A DNA stretch of 64,000 nucleotides from a virus (taxonomy: Duplodnaviria; Heunggongvirae; Uroviricota; Caudoviricetes): IMG/VR virus record IMGVR_UViG_3300045988_146577. One strand, 5' to 3'. This document shows, in pieces, positions 9,601-19,795 of the stretch. The notes under the pieces are model-generated. The model was not told the origin of the DNA and did no database searches. It saw nothing but the letters and a program-made list of their open reading frames with translations. Position 1 is the stretch's first letter. Each line of letters begins with the position of its first letter. A program made the position numbers and the translations under genes.

Positions 9601-9816
9601 TCATTTTAACACTCCTGATTCTACTAATTGCTGTAGCAATACTTTCCCTTTATCAGTTAACTGGTAGTTGGCCGAACACTTCGTTTCAGAAACGTTTGCA
9701 ACCAACCCTAAACGCTCTAACTTAGCTCGCGTTTTAGGCTTCCAGTACTCAGGGAACTCCGGCCACTTACTGATTTCATGAAGCGTTTCCTTCTCCCGTT
9801 TACTTAATACGATCAT
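9601..9816 (-). CDS. hypothetical protein
   Basis: 71 aa ORF. Confidence 0.4.
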   Translation of the reverse strand: MIVLSKREKETLHEISKWPEFPEYWKPKTRAKLERLGLVANVSETKCSANYQLTDKGKVLLQQLVESGVLK

Positions 9817-9975
9817 CCTTAATCTCCTTCAGGGTGTTGGTTATTTCTACAATGCGATAAATACGACCGCGTCTTTCTATAACACCGCTTTTAATGTAGT
9901 CATTGATGCAACTGGACATCACCACAATACCTATGAAAAAACCAACTGCTAAAAATGCAATCATCCAGCCGAGCA

Positions 9976-11298
9976 TCATTCTTTATCTCCGATTCGATCT
10001 TCTGTATCGCGTAAGCAACGCGGCCATTTCAGTCGGGGGTGGCGTAAGCTGCCATCCGGTGTTTTCTCGTGACAATGAACCTCAACAATACGACCACGGT
10101 ACTTCTCTTTGTTGTTCCAGATCTCGTCCAGATATTTATGCTTAATGCCGCTCGCACGAACAATCACACCGTTTTCAAGGCGAATAACAATTTTTCCAAG
10201 CGTGTTGGCAAAACCAGAGTCCGGATCGCCCGGCTCAAAATCGATAATTTCACCATCTTCTGAATCTTCGTCTTTTAACTTCCACCAGCTGCGGGTACGT
10301 TTAAACTCGTAAACAGAGTTCGGATCTTTGCCCATCTCCCCTTCTTCGTTATCGTCCAGGCGTTTCATGAAGCGTTCGATGAAGTCTTCGTGGCTATGGA
10401 TGATATAGAACGGATGCAGGTGAATGTCTTGTGCGTAGCCTTCACTGCGATCGTTTTTGAACAACGCCACGAGAATAGCCAGGCGCTCTTTCAGCTTCAT
10501 ACCTGTCTTTGCATACTCTTTGGATTTAGCCTGTGCCCGCCATTCCGGTAGGAAGAAGTCGAAAACATGATAAATAGCGCCAATTGCCTGCACGTTCTTT
10601 TTGCGCAATGCAGATACGGACTGGTTAAATGAACCGGCTGTTCCTTCACCATCGAAGAAGATGTGTTTGTGGCCTGAAAGTTTGCCTAATTCGAGCATTG
10701 CTGGCTTTAGGTGATCGAGAGACGTGATTGGATTACCAGTACGAGAAAGGAAGTTAACCTCTTCCTCGTCAACAATAACCTCGCAAATTACTCGCAAACC
10801 ATCGAGCTTAAGACTGCCAATCATCGGCCATTTTGCTTTAGGATTTGGCTTGAAGGGGTATTTGTCGCCTTTTTCTTTATACGGTGACGCCAGCTGCACC
10901 TCGAATTTCGGAATGGGATTTTCAAAAACCTTGTTGCATAGGCTAATCCCAACACCTGCTTTCGGGTCTTTTAAGAGGAAACGACGGAACACGTCCTGCC
11001 CATCGGCGCACATTGACGCCACGATAGACTCAACAGCTGCTATTGCTGCGTTCCCCGTCAGCTCGCGAGAGGCCAGCTTATTCAGTACATCAATGGCTTT
11101 TTCGTCACTTGGGACGGACTCACTAAGCGGCTCTGCCACTTTGTATTTCTTTACCCCAAAACGGATGAAAGGGTTGAGCATCAATGAAACCATGCTTTGT
11201 TCAAAGTCATCCATGTTGGCCAATGCCTCTTTTTTTGCATTGGTTCCCATAGCTTTCATTTCGTCCAGCTTATGCTTAAGTGCGATCAACTTTTTCAT
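9976..11298 (-). CDS. ATP-dependent DNA ligase
   Basis: 440 aa; adenylation motif SLKLDGLRVI (KxDG), ligase-like size. Confidence 0.75.
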   Translation of the reverse strand: MKKLIALKHKLDEMKAMGTNAKKEALANMDDFEQSMVSLMLNPFIRFGVKKYKVAEPLSESVPSDEKAIDVLNKLASRELTGNAAIAAVESIVASMCADGQDVFRRFLLKDPKAGVGISLCNKVFENPIPKFEVQLASPYKEKGDKYPFKPNPKAKWPMIGSLKLDGLRVICEVIVDEEEVNFLSRTGNPITSLDHLKPAMLELGKLSGHKHIFFDGEGTAGSFNQSVSALRKKNVQAIGAIYHVFDFFLPEWRAQAKSKEYAKTGMKLKERLAILVALFKNDRSEGYAQDIHLHPFYIIHSHEDFIERFMKRLDDNEEGEMGKDPNSVYEFKRTRSWWKLKDEDSEDGEIIDFEPGDPDSGFANTLGKIVIRLENGVIVRASGIKHKYLDEIWNNKEKYRGRIVEVHCHEKTPDGSLRHPRLKWPRCLRDTEDRIGDKE

Positions 11299-11777
11299 TG
11301 TTGTTTTGCCTCCATATGTTGATCGATTTGCTCATGTGTTTCTTTTGTTGTTTCTTCAAGCAACGCCGCATACACGTCAGTGATCGCTGTTTGTGATGTG
11401 GCGCTCTTCTTAACCATGCTATTAATCGTTACACTGTCACGTTTTCGTTTTATAGTTCTGGCTTGTTTATTCCGTTCTTCAACCTCCTTAATGAGTGCGG
11501 TCATATCTTCGAAATACAGAGATTCTCCTTTACGAATCTCTTCAACCATCATTTTTAACGCCTTGCATTTGCCTGCTTTGATAGCGGTTGCGCACGACTG
11601 GAATGAAGTTCGAGGAAGACGGTTTTCTTTGAAGGCAAGAATGGTGTGCTGGCAAACGGAGTAGCTGCAATATGCCGACTCACCGTTTATCTTTACTTCC
11701 TCACAACGAAGTGAATAACCATTATTTCCTGAAATAGAGGGGATTTTTGACAAATCAGCTTTCACAACCACCGCCAC
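11295..11777 (-). CDS. hypothetical protein (Cys-containing)
   Basis: 160 aa ORF overlapping ligase start by 4 nt. Confidence 0.5.
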   Translation of the reverse strand: MAVVVKADLSKIPSISGNNGYSLRCEEVKINGESAYCSYSVCQHTILAFKENRLPRTSFQSCATAIKAGKCKALKMMVEEIRKGESLYFEDMTALIKEVEERNKQARTIKRKRDSVTINSMVKKSATSQTAITDVYAALLEETTKETHEQIDQHMEAKQQ

Positions 11778-11832
11778 AAATAATCTTGTACTTACCTATC
11801 ATTCTTTGCGTAAAAAACGACACACTGAGAGA

Positions 11833-12609
11833 TTACCAACTTCCCCAGCTAATCATCTTGCGCTGATTGCTTTCTAAGCGATAGGGGGCAAGAAGCTCTG
11901 TGACATGATTGGTGGCGTATGATTTAGCCTCTTGCTCTATCATCGGTAATTCGTTAGCAATCCTGACCACCTTCCAAGCAAATTCCGCCATTACGCCATC
12001 ACATGCCTTCCCAGCATCAATAACGATATGCACCAGATCCAACTGGCTTTTGCACATGTCGCAAAGAGACGCATACTCACTCTCTCTGATTACATTTACG
12101 GCATCATTAGCCCCTTTATTAAGCAAGACTTCCAACAGGTTTTTCGGGGTAACGAAATCTGCTTTCAGAGATAATGTCTTTTCACCACTTATCGAACGCA
12201 AGTACTCTTCGTAGTTATTCTTCATCAAACCGCTGCTGCGCATTGCTAGAACTGCTTCTTGAATGGCCGCTTCAATAGTTTCGTCGTTTGAAAGACAAAA
12301 AACGGTATTTGTGTAGATCACTTTGCCATCCATCCATGCACCAACCTGCACTTTAAGACTGAGCGGGTTTTCTTTGCTAATAAAAACAACTAATGCAGAA
12401 CGCCGTGCACAAGAAGGTTCACCCCATACGTGTAACTCAACTTTCAGATAAGGTAGCCCTGGTAGCGGGATCTCAACCAAACGAGTGGCGATATGATCCA
12501 TTGCTGTTTTTACCGCTTTTTCAATGATGTCTAGTCGATTGCTCTCGCTGATTTCTAAACCAGTTTTATCAATGATGTCGCAGGCTAATTTCTGAATTTC
12601 GTCTTTCAT
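11833..12609 (-). CDS. hypothetical protein
   Basis: 258 aa ORF; TAAGTA-N6-TACTTA palindrome 44-61 nt upstream. Confidence 0.5.
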   Translation of the reverse strand: MKDEIQKLACDIIDKTGLEISESNRLDIIEKAVKTAMDHIATRLVEIPLPGLPYLKVELHVWGEPSCARRSALVVFISKENPLSLKVQVGAWMDGKVIYTNTVFCLSNDETIEAAIQEAVLAMRSSGLMKNNYEEYLRSISGEKTLSLKADFVTPKNLLEVLLNKGANDAVNVIRESEYASLCDMCKSQLDLVHIVIDAGKACDGVMAEFAWKVVRIANELPMIEQEAKSYATNHVTELLAPYRLESNQRKMISWGSW

Positions 12610-12684
12610 ACCAACTCCTAGCTAACAGATGAAAGTATTCTTACAGAAAGATAAGTAATCATCTACTTATTTTAGCGGCACTTG

Positions 12685-13866
12685 TTACGATAGCGCCTTA
12701 ATGCCCAAAACCTTGCTTTGCAACTCCAACTGTTTGGTATACGGTTTTGCCCGATAATAGGCTTTGATAATTTGTTCTGGCGTTGCATCGCCTGGGTCGA
12801 GTCCTTCCTCGCCCAAACATGCTACTTTGACATTAAGACCAATACTGGTCAGTCGCCTGGCTGCGGCCATAGTGTTGCGTATAGCTTGCTTTTCACTATC
12901 CCACATCATGATCACATTACGTAATCCACGCGCCTTGAGCGTCAGGAACGCGCCCAACTGATCTTCTGCATCCTGAGTGGTGTTACCAGATAGATGCATC
13001 CCGAACGTTCCTATCGGTTCCACGTAATCACGTAATGTTTCTTCATCAAAAATAGCTCGTTTAACTCCCATAACATCGAACGCCCCCTCACAGACAACTA
13101 CAGTCTGTTTGCCGACCGCATTATGGCCGTTGTAGAGAAACTTACCTGAAGCTGGAAGCTGCATAGGAAAGAGGTAGCGACGTTCAGCTGTACCGGTAAT
13201 GTCTCGTCCCTGAAATGTCTTCATTACCCCATCCAGATCGTAAACCGGTATCAGTATTCGCATATCGAATATCTGTCCTTTAACCTGATCTGTATACGGA
13301 TCTACATAGGCGTGCTTGCCTTCGACGCAGTATCGTAGGTCAAAATACTTTGCCATTTCAGGCGATATGTTTCGTTCAACCAGATAGTCTGGAAGACGGC
13401 CATCTATAGGAAGCTCGTAATGACGAGGGAGTGCAACTGGCCCCTCTAACTCGACTGTGCTTGCAAGCACTATCTCTTCTTTCTTTGGTGCCCACCCCTG
13501 GGAAAGAAGGGCGTTCTGCACATATTCCTCGAACTGTCGTCGTGATTTGCCGCTGTAGTGCTTGAGGAAGACCAGCTTATTGAACTGAATCTCTTCGGGA
13601 TGATCACCAGCGAAGCATTTACCGACGCCACTGGTCAGATTGAAATATACCTTCCAGTTGGAGCTGCCACATACCGGACACTCCTTGATATTCACTTCAC
13701 GACCGCGAGTACTCACGCCTCCACGTCGATAAACGATACCTTCAGTATCCAACCATTGTTCAAAATCTAATTCGGTAATTAGCTCTTTCAGCTCGCTCAC
13801 GATAATTCCACTTTTAACAGGCAATATTGTGACCAACCTAAATGTTGATATAACATAAAGGCTCAT
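12685..13866 (-). CDS. DNA primase (zinc-ribbon + TOPRIM); start uncertain (track start 13938, alternative GTG near 13800)
   Basis: CPVCGSSNWKVYFNLTSGVGKCFAGDH zinc motif; TOPRIM-like VVVCEGAFDVMGV; track ORF start overlaps a hairpin. Confidence 0.7.
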   Translation of the reverse strand: MSLYVISTFRLVTILPVKSGIIVSELKELITELDFEQWLDTEGIVYRRGGVSTRGREVNIKECPVCGSSNWKVYFNLTSGVGKCFAGDHPEEIQFNKLVFLKHYSGKSRRQFEEYVQNALLSQGWAPKKEEIVLASTVELEGPVALPRHYELPIDGRLPDYLVERNISPEMAKYFDLRYCVEGKHAYVDPYTDQVKGQIFDMRILIPVYDLDGVMKTFQGRDITGTAERRYLFPMQLPASGKFLYNGHNAVGKQTVVVCEGAFDVMGVKRAIFDEETLRDYVEPIGTFGMHLSGNTTQDAEDQLGAFLTLKARGLRNVIMMWDSEKQAIRNTMAAARRLTSIGLNVKVACLGEEGLDPGDATPEQIIKAYYRAKPYTKQLELQSKVLGIKALS

Positions 13867-13919
13867 GTGTTTTTCTTTTGTGGTTTGGCAAAAGAAAAGT
13901 TGTTTCACCAATGAATCAA

Positions 13920-13949
13920 GCGTGGAGGTGTTCTCCACGCTTATTTTTT
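13920..13949. terminator. hairpin with T-run between helicase and primase genes (orientation ambiguous)
   Basis: GCGTGGAGGTGTTCTCCACGC followed by TTATTTTTT on plus strand; weaker U-tract on minus strand. Confidence 0.35.
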
Positions 13950-15288
13950 AGGTAACGTCTAAGATTCGCTCAATGAAGCGCATTTGTTCGAGGTTTTGTT
14001 TAACGCGAATGCTGATCCCTCCCTGCTGGTTACGTGAACCAGCAAAGTAGAGACGAGCCTCTCCTTTCGCTTCTTCTTCTTCGGTTTTGTTGATCGTTAT
14101 TACCAGGTCAGCAATACGTACTTTTTCGATGTTGTCGGCAGCGTGCATCATTGTGGCAACTTCTGACGCGCCACCTTCACGGTTTGTCTGCGATGCCGTG
14201 ATACCAGCAACGTTGTGTTTGTCATAAAGAGCACGTAAGTCGGTATAGATACTACGTATGTTGGCGCGATCATCACGAAGGTCATAACTGGCACGCATCA
14301 AATCTGCATAGTCGACAACAACCATGTCAGGCACCATGCCATTGGCTTTCATGCTGTTAAGCATACGATCCAGATCTGCCGGTGACATACTTCCTGACGG
14401 ACGCTCAACAACCCACAAACTACCAATCCCCTTCGTGGCTCCCAACTCTGCCAACTTACGATGAACCTCATCGCGCCGTTCCACCAGCTTGGACATTTCT
14501 GTCTCCGACAATCTTGCATCAAAACGGTCGGATAAAATGGTGGTGTGAACCTCCAGCGAGAGATACAGAACATTGTAGCCAGCAAGCGTTGCGTTTATGG
14601 AAAACTCACCCATTGCGGTCGATTTACCGGATTTAGCGAACCCCATGAAGAGCACCATTTCGCGCTTTGCCCAGCCTTTTTGGTACAGCAACCTATCGAG
14701 CAGAGGGAGTCCAGTTGTAATGCTGTTTGGCACATACTCCTCTGAAGCCTCATATTCACGCGCTTTCAATCGCTCACTTGCGGAGGTGTAGTAGTCATAG
14801 ATTCCGGTCGCTTCGTTCGATCCAATCTGCTGAACCTTGGCCATGATTGCCATCGCCCCCTGAAAGTCGCCTTTCTCTTTCAGTTCAGCAGCCTTAATCA
14901 GAGCATCATCAAACGCTACGCTTTTTGCGAAGGTTGATACCTGGTCAACCATGTACGAGGTATCGGACAATTTTTCTGCAAGGATGCGCTTAAACGCAGC
15001 AACAACATCGGCGAATAGTTCCTCACGGATAGTCTTATCGCGTTTCGCACGCTTAAGCATATCCAGAATTGCAGATGAAGAGGGCGCGCTCTTGTACATA
15101 CGGTAATAGCCCGAAACCATATTAACCAATATGGCATTGGCCACATTGGCAAATTGGCTAGGCACAACCAGATCTCCCGCACGAGTAAGAAACTCGTGAT
15201 CACGACAAAAATATGCCGTCAGTCTGTTCTGGAAATCTTCATCAAACTCTTCGGACAGCCCGCGTCCTGTATGGCAAAGTTCGGTCAT
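13948..15288 (-). CDS. DnaB-family / RecA-fold replicative helicase
   Basis: 446 aa; Walker A GFAKSGKST, Walker B VVVDYADLM. Confidence 0.75.
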   Translation of the reverse strand: MTELCHTGRGLSEEFDEDFQNRLTAYFCRDHEFLTRAGDLVVPSQFANVANAILVNMVSGYYRMYKSAPSSSAILDMLKRAKRDKTIREELFADVVAAFKRILAEKLSDTSYMVDQVSTFAKSVAFDDALIKAAELKEKGDFQGAMAIMAKVQQIGSNEATGIYDYYTSASERLKAREYEASEEYVPNSITTGLPLLDRLLYQKGWAKREMVLFMGFAKSGKSTAMGEFSINATLAGYNVLYLSLEVHTTILSDRFDARLSETEMSKLVERRDEVHRKLAELGATKGIGSLWVVERPSGSMSPADLDRMLNSMKANGMVPDMVVVDYADLMRASYDLRDDRANIRSIYTDLRALYDKHNVAGITASQTNREGGASEVATMMHAADNIEKVRIADLVITINKTEEEEAKGEARLYFAGSRNQQGGISIRVKQNLEQMRFIERILDVT

Positions 15289-15304
15289 GTGCTTTCCTTT
15301 GTTT

Positions 15305-15325
15305 TTTAAACAAATTGTTTTCTAG
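15305..15325 (-). promoter_or_regulatory. palindromic operator motif A (AAACAA-N-TTGTTT) upstream of helicase gene
   Basis: AAACAAATTGTTTTCT 15-30 nt upstream of start at 15288. Confidence 0.5.
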
Positions 15326-15331
15326 TATTAG

Positions 15332-16081
15332 TTAATTAGATAGGGGATCAATAAACCGCCGTGCTTCTTCCAGTTCTTCTGGAAAGTGGGCGGAAATAAG
15401 GCGCTCTGGAACGATTTCCATTAGCCAGATAGCGGAGAAAATTGCGCGTATGCGCTTGCTGCGGGGGATGGTGCGTAAACGCTCCAGAATCCACTCAAAA
15501 TAGCTTTCCTGAATCGGGTTGAACTGCATGTCTCCCATATGCTTAAAGCTAACGAGAGAGTCATCCAGACGGGTTGTTGCGCGTCTGGCTAATTTCTCTT
15601 CGAATATCTCAATCAGCTCTGGCTGCCACAAATGCTGTGGGCGCGGCAGCTTGTCCCACAGCCGTCGTGCAGCTGCGGAAAGAACGGTGGAGATAAAGTA
15701 GTCGTATGAGCAGCAATAGCGATCCGCAAACTGGCGTGCTTTCCATAGCGACGTTTTATTGGCAGTCGACAACTCCTGATAAGGCAGGCGTTTTAACCCG
15801 GTGGTGAACGGAGCTGTTTCAAAGTGTTCGCGACCGTGCGTCAGCATGATATTTGAGTACTGACGTTTGTATGCCTCCGTAAAAAGACAGGTGGCCATGA
15901 GAGGATGCATGTCGCGGTAATCAAACCACTTCGTCTCGAAGAGTTCAGCCTCGTCTTTACAGCGCGACAAACCAATGTTTTCAGCGACCCACTTGTCCAT
16001 AACAGCGGTATTCCACTCTGTCATGAAGTCGTACTGGTCGTTGTCGATGGTATCGAAAAAGATTTGGCTCATGTGGCTCAC
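15332..16081 (-). CDS. hypothetical protein (replication-module position)
   Basis: 249 aa ORF immediately upstream of helicase gene. Confidence 0.5.
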   Translation of the reverse strand: MSHMSQIFFDTIDNDQYDFMTEWNTAVMDKWVAENIGLSRCKDEAELFETKWFDYRDMHPLMATCLFTEAYKRQYSNIMLTHGREHFETAPFTTGLKRLPYQELSTANKTSLWKARQFADRYCCSYDYFISTVLSAAARRLWDKLPRPQHLWQPELIEIFEEKLARRATTRLDDSLVSFKHMGDMQFNPIQESYFEWILERLRTIPRSKRIRAIFSAIWLMEIVPERLISAHFPEELEEARRFIDPLSN

Positions 16082-16190
16082 CTGGTAGGTAGTTACTTAC
16101 TTATCACAATGAGCGGATGATAGCGACTGGTGGCAGTTTTTGGAAGTGGAAACGGAAGGGAGTTGTTCTGGTGGTGTCTTTTAAAAGACC

Positions 16191-16244
16191 TGCTTCCGTA
16201 TATATTTAATAAGTTACTTATTATTTATATATACAGAAGCAGGC
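16191..16244. repeat. 54-bp AT-rich palindromic element, copy 1 of 2
   Basis: CCTGCTTCCGTATATATTTAATAAGTTACTTATTATTTATATATACAGAAGCAGG; one mismatch to copy at 47801-47855; sits in a divergent intergenic region. Confidence 0.8.
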
Positions 16245-16348
16245 TCCTAATGGATACCAAGAACAACATAATTTGACTCCAACCCCAGATGCTATGTCAT
16301 TGACAGATTTATCAAGGGAGATCATGTTAGAATCAGTGTTTTAGCCTC

Positions 16349-17422
16349 GTGGATATTGTCACCATGCGCATGAATAGACTTCCAGGATATGGCCTTACCG
16401 AACTGGCTTTTTGGCCTCAGCCTAAATATGAACGGAATAAATGGTCGATGTTCTGTCTGAAACTCCGTAATGATGGAACCCTTGCTTGGTATCGGCGATA
16501 TGTTGATCGTGGTATGCCAAACCACGCTTTTGATGACGACTACGATAACTATCCTGAAGCAAGAAAAGCGGCATTAGAGCTGAATAAAAACGTGAGCTTT
16601 GACATTGAAAAACTTCCTCTATCTATGTTTCAAAAGAAGTCATTGCGTTTGAAAGTTGACAAAGCACTCAAAGCCAAATCACGTCTCATGGATGAAGAGC
16701 ATATAATGCTCAACGAAGCAATTAAGGCACACGCCAACGATCCGCGAGTGACATTAAATGAGTTAATAATTAACCCAGATTACGAAACTTTGCGTCAACC
16801 CCTTTTTGACGTGCTAAGCGAGATGCCTTACTTACATTTTGTTTTTCTTCCCAAATTCCAAGTTTCACTTCAACTCGTTGCTCCTAACACTTGGGAATGT
16901 TCATATAACAACAAAGCTAAGACAGCGAAGATCTGCTACCAAGAACGCATAGCCAGAGGTTTTGGTTTATCAGGCGCTGCACATTGGGGAAAAACAAAAG
17001 CGACTATTCGCTCAATGCTTCTGCCGCGTGCTAACCGGTTACTGCAACTCGCCAGCGTAAAAAGAATGCTGGATGAAGCTCTCAGGAATGGGCAAAAGGT
17101 ACTGGTTGTTGGCAACTTTGTTTTCTGGTTTGAGGACAAAAATCAGGTAGGTTGGAGTGTTAAAGTTGCTAGCGAAAGCGAAACCACCTCAAGAGGCAAT
17201 ACGCTCTGGAAAGAAGGAACTATCATTTCAAAAAATCACGGTCGAATTGTCGTGCTGCCGTATACAAAAGAAAACGGTAAACATGTAAAAGGTTATACCA
17301 AGAATGCCCCTAACGACGGCAACGCAATTCCGAGACATAAGGATGAGTATGTCGAGTTGCCCTTTGAAATTTTGGATGGTGACTTGATGTTCAGTCTGTT
17401 CGGTGAGCTTAACTACGAATAG
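16349..17422 (+). CDS. hypothetical protein (lone plus-strand gene)
   Basis: 357 aa ORF with no recognisable motif. Confidence 0.5.
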   Translation: MDIVTMRMNRLPGYGLTELAFWPQPKYERNKWSMFCLKLRNDGTLAWYRRYVDRGMPNHAFDDDYDNYPEARKAALELNKNVSFDIEKLPLSMFQKKSLRLKVDKALKAKSRLMDEEHIMLNEAIKAHANDPRVTLNELIINPDYETLRQPLFDVLSEMPYLHFVFLPKFQVSLQLVAPNTWECSYNNKAKTAKICYQERIARGFGLSGAAHWGKTKATIRSMLLPRANRLLQLASVKRMLDEALRNGQKVLVVGNFVFWFEDKNQVGWSVKVASESETTSRGNTLWKEGTIISKNHGRIVVLPYTKENGKHVKGYTKNAPNDGNAIPRHKDEYVELPFEILDGDLMFSLFGELNYE

Positions 17423-17482
17423 CTTTCATAGAACGAAATATTTCTAAGGCTGTCCAATGCAGACCAGCCTTAGAGATTTATA

Positions 17483-17842
17483 TCAACCTTTCTTCATCAA
17501 CTCTCGTTTGATTTCATCGGTACGCATCGTGACATCGGCAGCGGTGATCGCCTCATTCAATTTCACGATGTCCTCGATTTCCTGCGGTGACTTCTCTGCC
17601 AGATGGAAAATGGCTGCTCGAATCACGTCAGAACGAGTGAACTTCTCGAAGCGAGGGATGAACTTCATCATCTCCAGCAGTTCGAAGTATTCGTCCTCCA
17701 GTGACATTGTGCGGCTTTTAATTTTCTCTTTGCCACGAGTCGGGCGTCCCTGTGGTCTGACTGGTTGGCGCAAAGGAGTTGTGTTCTTAGCCGGTGCATC
17801 AGGCTCTTTGCGCTTTGCTAGGTCACCCATTTTCATGGACAT
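17483..17842 (-). CDS. putative partition centromere-binding protein (ParG/ParB-like small partner of ParA)
   Basis: 119 aa ORF directly downstream of and abutting ParA; basic N-terminus; assigned by position only. Confidence 0.4.
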   Translation of the reverse strand: MSMKMGDLAKRKEPDAPAKNTTPLRQPVRPQGRPTRGKEKIKSRTMSLEDEYFELLEMMKFIPRFEKFTRSDVIRAAIFHLAEKSPQEIEDIVKLNEAITAADVTMRTDEIKRELMKKG

Positions 17843-18510
17843 TATTCTTCTTCCTCCAGACTCAACAGATAATCTACAAATTCTTCAAACTCGGCTTCCG
17901 CCTTTTTGTCGCGCTCGCTACCGGTCATTTCAAAGATAGAACGACCAGACTCTTCCGCATCATCATAGACGTTGCGGTTATATAGATTGACTGGCGCAGA
18001 CTCGATTCCAAACGTCTCAACAATCTCTTTAGCCGCCAGAATGCGAGACACTTGTGATGGCAAAGCCGGGCACTGGTTCATGACCGCGCGGACCTTCACT
18101 TTATCGTTTACATTGCGAACATTGTCGATAATAGGATCGATGTCACGTAAAGATTTCAAATCACGACGCTTAGGACGCAGCGGGATAATGATAACGTCAG
18201 CCATCAGCATCGCTTGTCGCTGAATTTCGGAGTCGAAGCCACCAGCATCTACCACTACAAACTCAGCTCTACCCTGAAGCGATTTTAGGTGCTTAATGAT
18301 GTCATCCTGAACGTATGCAAAAGGAATCAGCTCAAGGTCTTCGTTCTGTCGACGGTCTTCACACCAGCTCGTTGTCGTGCGCTGAATATCTATATCGGTA
18401 ATATAAACCTTCTTCTTCTTTTTGACTTTCATGCAAACGGCAATTTGCTGGGCAACGGTGGATTTGCCAGGCCCGCCCTTTGTGCCGCCAACCACAAAGA
18501 TCTTGGTCAT
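17842..18510 (-). CDS. parA: ParA/Soj-family partition ATPase
   Basis: 222 aa; deviant Walker A GGTKGGPGKST at N-terminus. Confidence 0.8.
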   Translation of the reverse strand: MTKIFVVGGTKGGPGKSTVAQQIAVCMKVKKKKKVYITDIDIQRTTTSWCEDRRQNEDLELIPFAYVQDDIIKHLKSLQGRAEFVVVDAGGFDSEIQRQAMLMADVIIIPLRPKRRDLKSLRDIDPIIDNVRNVNDKVKVRAVMNQCPALPSQVSRILAAKEIVETFGIESAPVNLYNRNVYDDAEESGRSIFEMTGSERDKKAEAEFEEFVDYLLSLEEEE

Positions 18511-18545
18511 TGGAGAGTTCCCTTTGCGTATATAATTATCGTCTG

Positions 18546-18562
18546 AAACAACTTGTTTTCTT
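18546..18562 (-). promoter_or_regulatory. palindromic operator motif A upstream of parA
   Basis: AAACAACTTGTTTTCTT 36-52 nt upstream of parA start. Confidence 0.5.
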
Positions 18563-18828
18563 ATATGTGATATAGCCTAAATGCCTACGGCTGCGGTGTA
18601 AAGGTTAAATGGTAGGTTGTGATTAACAATTGGCAATCATAGCTTGTATTTGTCTGTTGAAAAAAGTAACAATGACCTCTATATTACAAGTACGGTGATA
18701 TGCCGTACACAATTTGATAATGCACACGTAATGGGCTATAGCCTTTTAAAGTAATTTTTGAGTCGAAAACTCAGTTTGAACAGAGGAGATTGATGGCCTT
18801 CCTACATCACGGCCATCAGGAGGAATAC

Positions 18829-19098
18829 ATGTCAGCACTAAAAAAGCAGCGCATCGATTTGAGATTAACCGATGACGATAAAAGCATCATCGAGGAAGCT
18901 GCCGCAATGTCTAACCAGAGCATTACTCAGTTTATGGTTAGCAGTGCATCTGAACGTGCCGTGAAAGTTATAGAGCAACACCGTAGACTAGTTCTGAATG
19001 AAGAATCCTGGAATCTGGTTATGGACGCTATAAGCAATCCTCCGGCACCGAACGACAAGCTGAAACGAGCTGCTGATCGTCTGAAAAGCATGGAGTAG
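18829..19098 (+). CDS. DUF1778/TacA-like antitoxin (partner of GNAT toxin)
   Basis: Start at ATG 18829 after SD AGGAGG (track ORF begins at 18790); about 89 aa; sits directly upstream of GNAT gene. Confidence 0.65.
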   Translation: MSALKKQRIDLRLTDDDKSIIEEAAAMSNQSITQFMVSSASERAVKVIEQHRRLVLNEESWNLVMDAISNPPAPNDKLKRAADRLKSME

Positions 19099-19105
19099 TT
19101 TACTC

Positions 19106-19627
19106 GTGAGCAATACAACGATAGAGATTTTCTCTGGAGAGAAAGATTATGATCTAAACGGTTTTGATTGCGGCGAAGAGTCACTAAACGCCTTTTTAGC
19201 CAACCACTTAAAAAGGCAGCATGAGGGAAAAATTCTTCGTGCTTATGTGCTTTGCACTCAAGAAGAAAGGCCAAAAGTGTTAGGATATTACACTTTGTCA
19301 GGTAGTTGTTTTGAAAAGGAGTCCTTACCTTCAAGAAGCAAACAAAAGAAGGTTCCTTATCGGAATGTTCCAAGTGTTACTTTGGGTAGGCTGGCTTTGG
19401 ACAAGTCCCTTCAAGGTCAAGGATTTGGCTCAATGCTTGTAACACATGCAATGCGCGTTGTGTACAATGCATCTCTTGCTGTAGGCATTCATGGACTTTT
19501 CGTTGAGGCGTTAAATGACAAAGCCAAGGCGTTTTATAAAAGTTTAGGCTTTATCCAGCTGGTTGGTAACAACGAGCGTTCTTTGTTCTATCCTACAAAA
19601 TCTATCGAAAAATTGTTCGAAGAATAA
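19106..19627 (+). CDS. GNAT-family acetyltransferase toxin (TacT/AtaT-like)
   Basis: 173 aa; acetyl-CoA binding motif RLALDKSLQGQGFGSMLV; 8 nt after antitoxin stop. Confidence 0.7.
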   Translation: MSNTTIEIFSGEKDYDLNGFDCGEESLNAFLANHLKRQHEGKILRAYVLCTQEERPKVLGYYTLSGSCFEKESLPSRSKQKKVPYRNVPSVTLGRLALDKSLQGQGFGSMLVTHAMRVVYNASLAVGIHGLFVEALNDKAKAFYKSLGFIQLVGNNERSLFYPTKSIEKLFEE

Positions 19628-19795
19628 TGTGTTCCCCTCATTTGAGGGGAACTTCGACATCACCAACCACAAACCCTCTCTCCCATCGTATTGTGAAAAA
19701 GGATTTGGCGTTCGGTTTCTTCAGTCATTACATCATTATTGCTGATATAGATAGGCTCAGCCCCATCGCAGAACAACACGCTGGCTGTTTGTGGT

